A stretch of 22,547 nt of DNA from Paraspadella gotoi (Eukaryota; Animalia; Chaetognatha): the NCBI GenBank assembly GCA_051294375.1, contig JBJCIZ010000891.1, positions 1 through 22,547 of the forward strand, read 5' to 3'. Made by a program: the position numbers and the translations under genes. The notes below the pieces were generated by a model. That model did no database searches and was not told where the DNA came from. It saw nothing but the letters and a program-made list of their open reading frames with translations. Below are positions 1 through 10,900 of this stretch, piece after piece; the stretch's first letter is position 1; every line of letters begins with the position of its first letter.

Positions 1-140
1 CCAGGTCATAACTGACATTTAACCAAGGTAAGGTTACTGATCTTTAACTGACCTTACCTTCCTACTATTGTTTATTGTTTTCCTTTTTTTACTTACTATT
101 TTGATCATTACTTGACTTATAAAAAAGTTATCTCAAAACG

Positions 141-378
141 ATGTCAACATGGAGGGATTCATTCCCAGACGAACCGTTGGACGCGGACACTTCTGCTCAG
201 AGAAGAGATCTCTCGCGCTAAGCGCCGTTCTTCCACCGCCTCTAGCTCGGCCGCCACCCGCCCCGCGGTTGATCTGGCGCCCGAGGTTTTGGGAGCTTCT
301 GCGCCAAAGAGGAGACGCCTGGAAGGCGTTTCCCTTCTCCAGCCGGATTACCTGCCGCCAATAACTTCTGAGACTTGA
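141..378 (+). CDS. Putative small (~80 aa) Ser/Ala-rich protein with an NLS-like PKRRR; frame broken by probable read errors
   Basis: GC-rich island preceded by TATAAAAA and AAACGATG. Merging copies A and B (5567-~5800) gives MSTWRDSFPDEPLDADTSCSEEEISRAKRRSSTASSSAATRPAVDLAPEVLGASAPKRRRLEG. Neither copy alone is intact and I recognise no homolog. Confidence 0.4.
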
Positions 379-856
379 TTTGACAAATGTCAACCTATGA
401 AATGACGTGCCAAAAAAATTTGATGTTAACTTTGTTAATGTTTCTGAAAAAATATAATTGTAATTAAATGTTATCATTAACCATCAATGATATTTAAATN
501 NNNNNNNNNTTTACTAATTATGCTCAGTAACTGGGAATATAAGTGTCTACAGCCCTATTAATATACAAAAAGACGGTGAATCTATTGCAAACAATTATAT
601 TAAATGACAAATAAAAAAAATATAAAGCTCTAATTGAAGAGAAAAATAATATAAAACAATCTACATGACCAGGTCATCTGCTGCGAATCATCCCCGCGTC
701 TTTTTTTGCTGCGAATCTTCTTTATCTTTTATCTGCATCTTTTCGGCTTATTACTCGCCATGAAAGTCAAAGTATACCATGCTACATCATGACCGTCTGG
801 TACCTGGATCAATGCCCAATGGAGTCAAGCGTAGAAAAACTATTAAAACAGTTGAA

Positions 857-1371
857 TCAAAATTCGAATAGTAAATCATGAACAAGCTTGTACCCGTGAA
901 CATTTTAAAATTAAAAAAAATTTTTTTTATTTTTTGAATTTGCCCATATTTATACATAGTACTCACCATAAAAAATGTTAAAATTTTAAAATGTTTTTTT
1001 CTTATTTTTGAAAGCAGATTCGAATACCTCGCGAAAAGTGATAAAAGGAAATTAACTCTTTTCAGAATGGGTCAAAATCCTAAAAAACTGTTATAAACTT
1101 ATAATTTAATTTTAATATAAAAATATAGTTTTTTAAATTTTTAGCTAACTTAATGAAAAAAATTTTAATTAAGACATTTTTTCTTTTATCAACTTTTTAT
1201 GAGGAATTTGAATCTGCTTACTAAAATAAGAAAAAACCATTTTAAAATTTTAACATTTTCTATGGTAAGTACTGTGTATAAATATGGGTGTATGCAAAAT
1301 TGGGAAACTAAAAAAAAATTTGTTTAATATATTTTTAGTACAAGACTTTTCATGAACTATTCGAATTTTGA
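857..1371. mobile_element. Foldback/MITE-like non-autonomous element with ~190-bp imperfect inverted arms
   Basis: TCAAAATTCGAATAGT...CCCATATTTATACATAGTACTCACCATA...GCAGATTCGAATACCTC is mirrored by GAGGAATTTGAATCTGC...TATGGTAAGTACTGTGTATAAATATGGG...ACTATTCGAATTTTGA. No coding capacity; no target-site duplication identified. Confidence 0.75.
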
Positions 1372-1449
1372 TCTGCAACTTTCACTATGCCTTATTCTGC
1401 AGCCAATGTCAATGGCTAAGCCCCATCCCAAGCAAGCGTTCTATGTACA

Positions 1450-1855
1450 CTATGGTACAGTCCTGACAACTTTCACAGCGTGAGCGTGACGTCGAATCGT
1501 TATGGTAATTTGGTAAACGCCAGTGGCAAAGGCTCCAAAGCCCTTAACGCTAATGAGTGGTGAAACGTCCATCTTGAACCCAGTTGTTGCTTTAACCTAC
1601 AATACAATAAATTTTAAGGGTTTCCCTAATTTTCACATATAATAAGTCATGTCTTGGACATTTACCCAATATGCAAATGAAAACCCATAAATAGTTATTA
1701 AATTGTTCTTTATTTGGTAGTTCCTGATCCTTAGACCAAGATGAAGCAATAAGCTACAACTAATTAATCGGGGCATTCTTTGATTAATACATGTGGGGTT
1801 TGGACCAAAAATGGAATAAACTTAGATTTTAGATACAATCGTCCAGCAAAACCCT
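1450..1855 (-). CDS. Putative spliced gene fragment with two tiny introns; product unknown
   Basis: Removing GT..TGTAG introns 1754-1790 (37 nt) and 1597-1636 (40 nt), both phase 0, joins ...FIPFLVQTPH|LIASSWSKDQELPNKEQFNNYLWVFICILGKCPRHDLLY|VKATTGFKMDVSPLISVKGFGAFATGVYQITITIRRHAHAVKVVRTVP*. The second donor is missing in copy B and no start was identified. Confidence 0.3.
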
Positions 1856-2098
1856 ATGACAATGATAAATTTGAAAATAATTTTGTACAATATAAATTAA
1901 AGTAGGCTGTTCAAATAAACTTTAATTTTATTTAACAAATATATTTTTAACAATTATTTTGTTATTTATTTATTAACCTATAATTACAATTGCTGGATGG
2001 CAGGAAAAAAAAATTTTCACTTTTTTTAATTATTGTTAGTTTAAGACGCAAACAGTTACAGCGGAGCTAAAAAAAATATTAAGAAAACAACATTAATG

Positions 2099-2638
2099 TC
2101 AAAGGTTTTTACAAAAACTATGAAAAACAGCATTTACTAAATGATCAAGCNNNNNNNNNNNNNNNNNNNNNNNNNNNNNNNNNNNNNNNNNNNNNNNNNN
2201 NNNNNNNNNNNNNNNNNNNNNNNNNNNNNNNNNNNNNNNNNNNNNNNNNNNNNNNNNNNNNNNNNNNNNNNNNNNNNNNNNNNNNNNNNNNNNNNNNNNN
2301 NNNNNNNNNNNNNNNTTTATAAAATAAGTCTGGGGCGACTTTAAATATCGAATTTCGATTACAATCACAAGAAATATCATAAGAAATAAAAATTCTAATT
2401 ACTTCATTGACGTCCTGAATATAACTTCTTTGATTCTGGAAATCGGCTGCTCTGATACAAATTAACTTTTCGTGGACAAAAAGTAACAAATATTTTTAAA
2501 TTTGCATTTTGGTTTAAAACATTGCAATGNNNNNNNNNNNNNNNNNNNNNNNNNCAGCCAATTGTGATGGGACTTCATCAGATGATTTTATTAGATGACT
2601 TATGTCATTTTGACCCATACTTTAAATCAATACAGAAA
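2099..2638 (-). pseudogene. 5'-truncated SGNH-hydrolase-like gene, copy A (block III onward, partly in N gaps)
   Basis: SVLI*SMGQNDISHL at about 2590-2636, YIQDVNEVIR, and LDHLVNAVFHSFCKNL*. The upstream part is replaced by the GC-rich block. Confidence 0.6.
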
Positions 2639-3730
2639 AAGAGAGAGAGATTTGGAGAACGAACCTCTGCAGCCTGAGAAGGAGAAGAGAGACCTCCGGC
2701 GACGATGTGCCTTGCGGAGAGAGTTGAAGGGTCAAGGAGACGATTGGAGTTTCTAGCGAAGAGAGAGAAATCTGGAGAAACAGGTAGCTTTTTGAAGGAG
2801 GAACGAAGAAGAACGAAGAGGGAGCCTCGGAACTCTTGAAACACAGAGCAGTTGATAAAAAGGGGTTGCTCATGCGGAGATACATGTTGAGGGAGGAGAG
2901 GAAGAGGAAACAAACGAGGGACTTCGATCGAGGCTCGACGAGGCGCTGACTAAAGAGCAGAAGGCTGTTCGAATGCGAGAACGAGGCGTTGAGGGGCGGA
3001 GGAAGTCGTCCACCGCGCACGCCGACGACGCCAGATTCCCTCGTCGTCGAGGACGTCGTTCGAAACTCTCGACAAGGTGACATCTGGAGGGTCTGCAGAA
3101 AGGGTTGCTCCGAGCGCTGCCGTGGCTGCGCAATCGCATCCACGAGCAGCAGCATCAGGGCCCGCGTCTCGAGACGGCGAAGAAAATACCAAGAAAAGCG
3201 GTGAAGGTGTTGAAAGAAGCAGTTACAAAGCGAGAGGGATTTAGTCGACGAACTGGGAGAGCATCTCAAGCCACCTCTCAGCGACGACACGGGGCAAGGT
3301 CTGAGTTTGCGCATCTGGGAACTGACGCGATTGAGCGATAAACGCTCAAGCTCGCGCGTCATGAATAGTTTTCTGGTGGAAGGATTGGAGGAAAGGTCGT
3401 TCGCCAGAGACAACTCTTTCGTCAAACAGGGAGATTTGGAAGTTTCGACGGAGGAACTCATGAGGGAGAAGACAACGCGCTTTGGTTCAGGCCGAGAGAA
3501 ACGCTTTGCCATTTCGTGAAACTTACAGTGTTTTGAAAAGAGTTGACTTCGTCGTCTTCTCTAGCAGGAACGCCGAGAGTTGCAGCAAGAGAAGTGAGGA
3601 TTTGGAGCATCACTGCGACGGTGCTTCGTCGGTGGCGTCGGAGAGTCCCAAGTTCTCCTCGACGCCCTGCGCCGTCGCCGATGAGGAAAAGGAAGGGAGG
3701 GAGAAATGCGAACGGGAGACAGACAACAAC
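2639..3730 (+). other. Purine-rich, GC-richer tract resembling a frameshifted exon of a charged, coiled-coil-type protein
   Basis: Dense GAG/AAG/GAA/CTG triplets on the plus strand, with fragments such as HLEGLQKGLLRALPWLRNRIHEQQ, LVDELGEHLK and VEGLEERS in changing frames. No family recognised. Confidence 0.4.
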
Positions 3731-3802
3731 AACAGCAAAAAACGGGGGTTATTTCCCCACCACATATTATTCGGGCAAAAGCGAACGCCCAGATGTAACA
3801 GT

Positions 3803-3813
3803 TGTGTGTGTGT

Positions 3814-3864
<51 letters not shown>

Positions 3865-3875
3865 AGACAGAGAGG
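3803..3875. repeat. Compound (TG)n(GA)n microsatellite
   Basis: Directly visible dinucleotide runs. Confidence 0.95.
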
Positions 3876-4979
3876 ATAGGTCTGTTGTGGAGAAATCCCG
3901 AGTAAGTTTCTCGGTTTCCGGCAGCATTCCCACTGGTCGTCGCTCATAGCTGCGAGCCATGTGCGGACGAAACAGTCGAGAATTGGCAGCGAATATGGAC
4001 AAGAACGTCAACTAACTATACGCTAACGTCACTTCGACAAACTAGCTCGAGGAAGGAGGTGACAGAGATTCACTGACTCAACGGAGAACGGAAAATGGAG
4101 GAGGTGATCGAACCGGACGCCGATGAAAGTTGTAACTAAGCTGAAGCGCACTCCGTACCGGTTAAAGATTTGACGGTGATTAAGACATATTCTTCCTTTA
4201 TTATGAGTTTCTAATAACTAAAGTATTACTGTGCGAGAACAATGAAGAAACACACAAAAACCGGCAGAATTGATAGAGATAAAAGATATGATCCGAAATA
4301 AGATTGTCAGAAGATTATAGAGAAAACATCGCTTTTCCTCTGGCTCGATTTCGATAAATTTGGTACCGATCGACGTGGAAATTACGTCTAGTATCTGAGA
4401 TAAAATTTCAATTAAATCCGAGTCCTCGCGTCAAAAAGTTATGGGGCAAAAACGACGAAAAAATAAGCCCTTCCGAGGGAATAACTCGCCAGCTCAACGA
4501 GCGAAAAGTGGTTAACATACAGATTGTGAACTACTACAGGCTACTAAATCCTAGTTCGACCGCAATACTGTGGTAAGCCGAAATCCTCGTCGTCGCGGCA
4601 TTTCGCACGCGAAGATAGAAGAAGGGGAAAGTTGACGACAGACGGAGAGAGCACGAGGTCCAATAATGCAAAGACAAACACGTAGAGAATTCGATATGTA
4701 CGGAGAAATAATGACGTCACATAAGACAGAAAAGACGTCGTTAAGCAATTGAGGAGTTGAGGACGACTACCCCAGGCATCCTTTGATCAGATTGCGTTCG
4801 CTGAAGCAGTACGTCTCTACCTCCACGCGGTGCTAGCGGGACATCTTTCGGAGTGCAAAAGACGAGGGAGGCTCAGCGATCAAGGAGAAGCGAAAAGCCG
4901 AAAGGGCATGAATCACCCGACTGTTTCACTCCTTGAGTAACCGGAAAGTCGGAGTCACGCCCAGGCGACCTGGAGATCA

Positions 4980-5040
4980 CCTCCCCCCCTCCTTCCTCAC
5001 GCTTCCCAATCCCTCCCCTCCCTCCCTCCCGCTCCCCCCA
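4980..5040. repeat. C-rich low-complexity pyrimidine tract
   Basis: CTCCCCCCCTCCTTCCTC...CCCTCCCCTCCCTCCCTCCCGCTCCCCCC. Confidence 0.8.
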
Positions 5041-6275
5041 TCTTGTGGCGCAGTCTCACGCTTTCCACCACCTCACATCAAAACCGAAGAACATAGCCTC
5101 GGGCTCTGCAGCGCTACTCAGGCGAAGTTCAACGCTACCATCTCGAGTTACAGCTACTTTGCAGAGTGAGCGGTATGTGTGTGCGCCGAATACGTAGACG
5201 ACGATGCGTGCGAGATGGAATGGCCAACGAATCAATACTCCTAAAGTCACTACGAGATTATGAGACGCCAGCGGGAGCTTTTAGCGCGCACAGCAAACGA
5301 AGACAGTTATGTAATCTGCGATATGTAGCACACTGCAAGATGTTCAACACATAACGAGTGGACGGACAGCCAGAGAGCCAGATCAGTACTCACAGGCGCA
5401 ACAATGACTCGGAAACTCTATAAGAACCAGGTGCAGGGGAAACTGAACATTTAACCAGGTAAGTACTCGATCTTTAACTGACCTTACCTCCTACTATTGT
5501 TTATGTTTTCCTTTTTACTTACTATTTTGATCATACTTGACTTATAAAAAAGTTATCTCAAAACGATGTCAACATGAGGGATTCATTCCCAGACGAACCG
5601 TTGGACGCGGACACTTCTTGCTCAGAAGAAGAGATCTCTCGCGCTAAGCGCCGTTCTTCCACCGCCTCTAGCTCGGCCGCCACCCGCCCCGCGTTGATCT
5701 GGCGCCCGAGGTTTTGGGAGCTTCTGCGCCAAAGAGGAGACGCCTGGAAGGCTTTCCCTTCTCCAGCCGGATTACCTGCCGCCAATAACTTCTGGACTTC
5801 GATTTGACAAATGTCAACCTATGAAATGACGTGCCAAAAAAATTTGATGTAACTTGTTAATGTTTCTGAAAAAATATAATTGTAATTAAATGTTATCATT
5901 AACCATCAAATGATTTAAATTACTTGGTAATTACTAATTAATGCTTAGTAACTGGAATATAAGTGTCTACAGCCCTATTAATATACAAAAAGACGGTGAA
6001 TCTATGCAAACAATTATATTAAAATGACAAATAAAAAAATATAAGCCTAATTGAAGAGAAAATAATATAAAACAATCTACAGCATCCGAGGTCATCTGCT
6101 GCGAATCATCCCCGCGTCTTTTTTGCTGCGAATCTTCTTTTATCCTTTATCTGCATCTTTTCGGCTTATTACTCGCCAATGAAAGTCAAAGTATACCATG
6201 CTACATCATGACCGTCTGGTACCTGGATCAATGCCCAATGGAGTCAAGCGTAGAAAATCATTAAAACAGTCTGAA

Positions 6276-6774
6276 TCAAAATCGAATAGTAAATCAAGAA
6301 CAAGCTTGTACCGCGTGAACATTTTAAAATTAAAAAATATTTTTTTATTTTTTGAATTTGCCCACATATTATACATAGTACTCACCAATAAAAATGTTAA
6401 ATTTTAAAATGTTTTTTTTTTATTTGAAAGCAGATCGAATAACCTCAGCGAAAAGTTGATAAAAGGAAATTAACTCTTTCAGAATGGGTCAAATCCTAAA
6501 AAACTGTTATAACTATAATTTAAATTTAATATAAAAATATAGTTTTTAAATTTTAGCTAACTTAATAAAAATTTTAATTAAGAATTTTTCTTATCAACTT
6601 TTAATGGGAATTTGAATCTGCTTACTAAAATAAGAAAAAACCATTTAAAATTTTAACATTTTTCTATGGTAAGTACTGTGTATAAATATGGGTGTATGCG
6701 AAAATTTGGGAAACTAAAAAAATTGTGTAAATATTTTTAGTAACAAGACTTTTCAGTGAACTATTCGAATTTGA
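6276..6774. mobile_element. Copy-B instance of the foldback/MITE-like element
   Basis: Colinear with 857-1371, with the same inverted arms. Confidence 0.75.
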
Positions 6775-7499
6775 TCTGCAACTTTCACTATGCCTATTCT
6801 GCAGCCAATGTCAATGGCTAAGCCCACATCCCAAGCAAGCGTTCTATGTACACTATGGTACAGTCCTGACAACTTTCCACAGCGTGAGCGTGACGTCGAA
6901 TCGTTATGGTAATTTGGTAAACGCCAGTGGCAAAGGCTCCAAAGCCCTTAACGCTAATGAGTGGTGAAACGTCCATCTTGGAAACCAGTTGTTGCTTTAA
7001 CCTACAATACAATAAATTTTAAGGGTTTCCCTAATTTTAATATAATAAGTCATGTCTTGGACATTTACCCAATATGCAAATGAAAACCCATAAATAGTTA
7101 TTAAATTGTTCTTTATTTGGTAGTTCCTGATCCTTAGACCAAGATGAAGCAATAAGCTACAACTAATTAATCGGGGCATTCTTTGATTAAATACATGTGG
7201 GGTTTGGACCAAAAATGGAATAAACTTAGATTTTAGATACAATCGTCCAGCAAAAACCCTATGACAATGATAAATTTGAAAATAATTTTGTACAATATAA
7301 ATTAAAGTAGGGCTGTTCAAATAAACTTTAATTTATTTAACAAATATATTTTTTAACAATTATTTTGTTATTTATTTATTTAACCTATAATTACAATTGC
7401 TGGATGGCAGGAAAAAAAAATTTTCACTTTTTTAATTATTGTTAGTTTAAGACGCAAACAGTTACAGCGGAGCTAAAAAAATATTAAGAAAACAAAATG

Positions 7500-8104
7500 T
7501 CAAAGGTTTTTACAAAAACTATGAAAACAGCATTTACTAAATGATCAAGCCCAATGGGTTAGATGTAACCCATTCATTCCAACAAAATCCATATTTTATA
7601 AAATAAGTCTGGGCGACTTTAAATATCGAATTTCGATTACAATCACAAGAAATATCATAAGAAATAAAATTCTAATTACTTCATTGACGTCCTGAATATA
7701 ACTTCTTTGATTCTGGAAATCGGCTGCTCTGATACAAATTAACTTTTCGTGGACAAAAGTAACAAATATTTTTAAATTTGCATTTTGGTTTAAAACATTG
7801 CAAGGTTTCATTTTAAATGTAAGATTCGCAGCCAATTGTGATGGGACTTCATCAGATGATTTTATTAGATGACTTAGTCATTTTGACCCATACTTTAAAT
7901 CAATACAGAAAGTTTAAAAGACAAATGATAATTTAAATATGCATTTGGGCCAATCAGGTCTTCGGTGAGGGATCCGAGAAAGAATGTAACTCGATTTAAT
8001 CAATGGGAGAAATAAGTAAGTTTTTTAAATACTCATTAGTCAGTTTCTTCAAAATACTGTATAAAAAGATGAGGGCACCCATTCTCTTGTAAATATATAA
8101 GCAT
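7500..8104 (-). pseudogene. SGNH-hydrolase-like gene, copy B
   Basis: Reads GSLTEDLIGPNAYLNYHLSFKLSVLI*SMGQND in one frame, then NANLKIFVTFVHEKLICIRAADFQNQRSYIQDVNEVIR and GMNGLHL. Its indels differ from those in copy C. Confidence 0.65.
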
Positions 8105-9478
8105 CTATATACAATGATCAATTTAATATAATCTCAATTTAAAAAAGGTGAAATAAAATTTTAAAAAATTTAAAAAATATGACGATACAATGATGGACAG
8201 TGCTGAGGATTACGGAGGAACAGTGATAACATACGGAGGACGGATGAGACGCACGGTGGGACGGATGGAGATGGATGTTAACAATAAGCATATTTAAATT
8301 AACTAAAACTATTTTTCAAATTATTAAACTATTTTTATACTATCTAATAAAATATTAAAAAAATATAATTTAAACAATTCATAAATTAAAAAAAATTATC
8401 AATAATTATTATTTAATATGAAGTTGGCATTGCGGCGACCACCCTGCCTATAAGCGTGACATCTTTTGATTGTGACCCGGAAGCTTATTGAGTAAACTGA
8501 GCTCGACTATTAGATATTCCATGCCAAACAGTACCTACCTTTGTGGAAAACCCCTAAAACCGGTTCCAAGTCCAGGATCTGTTTACATTGCTGGTCAGGG
8601 GACAAAGGAGTTAAATATAGTAATCTTAGCGCCTTATCCACATATACACAATTTCATTTTTGATATATGTATGGTTTGGTTTAACTTTACAACTGTATAA
8701 TACACCACATTTAATTTCTGATATTCTACTCTTCCCATGGAGTTTGCCATAAATTAAATAAATATTACTAATTATTATCTAAAATGGTAATAATTTTATG
8801 CGACGTTGGAAAGAGACAATGTTTAACATAATATACATTTATTACGATGTACAATGTGAGAATAGTTCATACAATGAAAGGTTTATTAGAGAGAGAATAT
8901 CGTCCAACGGTGTCAACTTATAAGGAGGAGAGCATGAGTCAGAAAGAGAGAGAAAGAGAGAAACGTCGGTCATATCAAGTGACCCAACGGGGACGAAAAG
9001 GCCGTGCGAATCGTCGACCATAGTCGTCGTCGACCGTCCTCCACAATTTATTATTTTTCAATACGTTTTTTAAAAAATCAATGGTACATTCTTTTATACT
9101 AATATATAAAACAGAATAACAATTTGCAAAAAATAAGGTAAATACAAAAATCAAGAAGTTCATTTAAAGCTTAAGCTAGCTTTGCTTGGTTGAAATATGG
9201 AAGGGCCGGTAGATTAAGCATGCGCGAAAGAAAAGTGAAATAACTTTGCAGTTTGGACACTATCACTATCACGGAATGTCGCAACCTTTTCTGTAAACCA
9301 AGTCCATAAAGCCACTTTTCCCGAAGAGGATGAGCCATTTCCTGAAAACCAATAGTNNNNNNNNNNNNNNNNNNNNNNNNNAAACATATAAAATATTTTA
9401 GTATTTATTTTAACAGTTTCTGTAAAGAAAATCCTATGACCTAAAACTAATTTGCAGTTATCCATATAGAATTGAGAT

Positions 9479-9671
9479 ATTTACTTTCGCCGACCAGGTT
9501 AGGAGGGTTTAGGGTTAAGGGTGGTTTAGGGGTGGTTTAGGGATGTTTTAAGGTTAAGGGTGGTTTAGGGGTGGTTTAGGGTTAGGGGGTAATTAGATAA
9601 AAAATTTTTAAAATAAATATTTTTAAGTGTTTTTTTCAAAAGACGCCAAAACCTCGGTCGCTGAAAGTAAA
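9479..9671. mobile_element. ~190-bp inverted-repeat-bounded cassette containing a telomere-like G-rich tract (also 16663-16856 and 20567-20757)
   Basis: ATTTACTTTCGCCGACCAGGTT and AACCTCGGTCGCTGAAAGTAAA form a ~22-bp imperfect inverted repeat enclosing TTTAGGG/TTAGGG/TTAAGGG variants. Confidence 0.6.
9497..9589 (+). repeat. Degenerate telomere-like tract with an internal ~30-bp duplication; G-quadruplex potential
   Basis: GGTTAAGGGTGGTTTAGGGGTGGTTTAGGG occurs twice; many GGG runs; nearly identical in copies C and D. Confidence 0.85.
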
Positions 9672-10655
9672 ATTTTGCTAAGTATTTAAGCAAGTAAACT
9701 AAAGGCAAATAAATATACAATTGTCAAATCAAAATACATTAAAAATAATTCCTATGAGACCTTACAAAAGATAGCTGCCGTTAAGCATACCTTTGACGAG
9801 ATAGGGAAGAGTGGCTTGGTGGCGGCGGAGAATCCTTGGGAAGCCTTGGTCATGGGAAGGCGGTCGCAGAGTTGCCAATAAAGTCTCCTTGGCGAGAGAA
9901 AGAGAGTCGCGACCCCAAGTCCCAGGAAGAGGCGACGGCGGCGTCACGCAATAATTGAACCAAGATAGCGACGGAGGCGGCGCCAAAAAAAGTAATACAA
10001 CCGAGATTCACTGAAAACGCGTTGTTGAGAGAGACGAATTCGGCTTGGAGAAGCGAAGAAAAAAACGCCGTCGATTTTGGAGACGAGATTCGGCGTTGTC
10101 GGGGTCGTCGTTAGAGTAAATTCTAAATTTAAACCATCAATAAATACTACTAATTAATAAAAGTAATATTCACTATGAAACAAACAATCACGAAATCAAA
10201 TACGCAAGAAATACGGGAGACGATGGAGATGCTAGGTCATTAGTGATAACAATATGAGCTCCAATAGACTCGACACATTGTTAAACATGATAATCAAACG
10301 ACGACCAAGCGAAGCAAAGAGGAAATAAATAAAAATATAAACAAAAATGCAGCCACAAATCATTAAGTTAAGGCATTATTAAAAGTAAACGTACAAACAT
10401 GTTTATATATTCGGTTTTTTACTTTTAACTTAAAGTAAGAAAAACCAAATATTAAAACAGTCTAATAAATAACGAATCCATGATCGCAGTGTCATGCGAA
10501 GGCAGACAATCCTTAAAGTTTTCCATACATGGGGAAAATAATGCGGATAGTTTTTAAAATGTTAATTTCATTATTAAATATTTATTTCTTAACTGGTAAT
10601 ATGAAGTCCTCTGATATACTTAACTTCTCTTCTAAAAAAACTAAATAAAAATATT

Positions 10656-10900
10656 CTGTGAGTTAAGAAAACGTCCGAATTTGCGCGATCAAGTGAGCAA
10701 GAGTATTTTTTTTTCTTTTTTTCTTCTATAGAAAACCAACTATTTTCGATCTTATTTTGACAGATTCATCGTTCAGGGGGTGATGATGATTCTGTCAAAT
10801 AAGATCGAAATTATTGGTTTTTCTATAAAACGAAAAAACAAAACTAACCTGCACTGATCCCAAATTCGACCGGTTTCTTTAATTCCATAAAATTTAAACA
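10656..10900. mobile_element. Palindromic (foldback/MITE-like) insertion present only in copy B
   Basis: ATAGAAAACCAA..TTTCGATCTTATTTTGACAGA pairs with TCTGTCAAATAAGATCGAAA..TTGGTTTTCTAT, and the outer arms AAGAAAACGTCCGAATTTG / CAAATTCGACCGGTTTCTT also pair. Empty sites at ~17780 and ~21675. Confidence 0.75.

Larger units (their letters stand above)
1..2638. repeat. Partial copy A of the large repeated unit
   Basis: Colinear with 5427-7911 from CCAGGT to TCAATACAGAAA; differences are mostly 1-bp indels. Confidence 0.95.

Noticed and set aside
2622-3512. 296-aa minus-strand ORF as a real gene
   Set aside because: Ser/Leu/Arg-rich, as expected for the antisense shadow of a purine-rich plus strand where minus-strand stops are rare; no recognisable domain.
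3482-4011. Overlapping 90-133-aa ORFs ending in or containing ER/LS repeats
   Set aside because: They are largely translations through the (GA)n microsatellite.
4340-4470. DNA-transposon relic (TCAAAAAGTTATGGGGCAAAA-type motif)
   Set aside because: It resembles invertebrate MITE sequence by impression only; I could not define terminal repeats or boundaries.
9497-9589. True chromosome-end telomere
   Set aside because: Short, heterogeneous, internal, and flanked by the same sequence in three copies.
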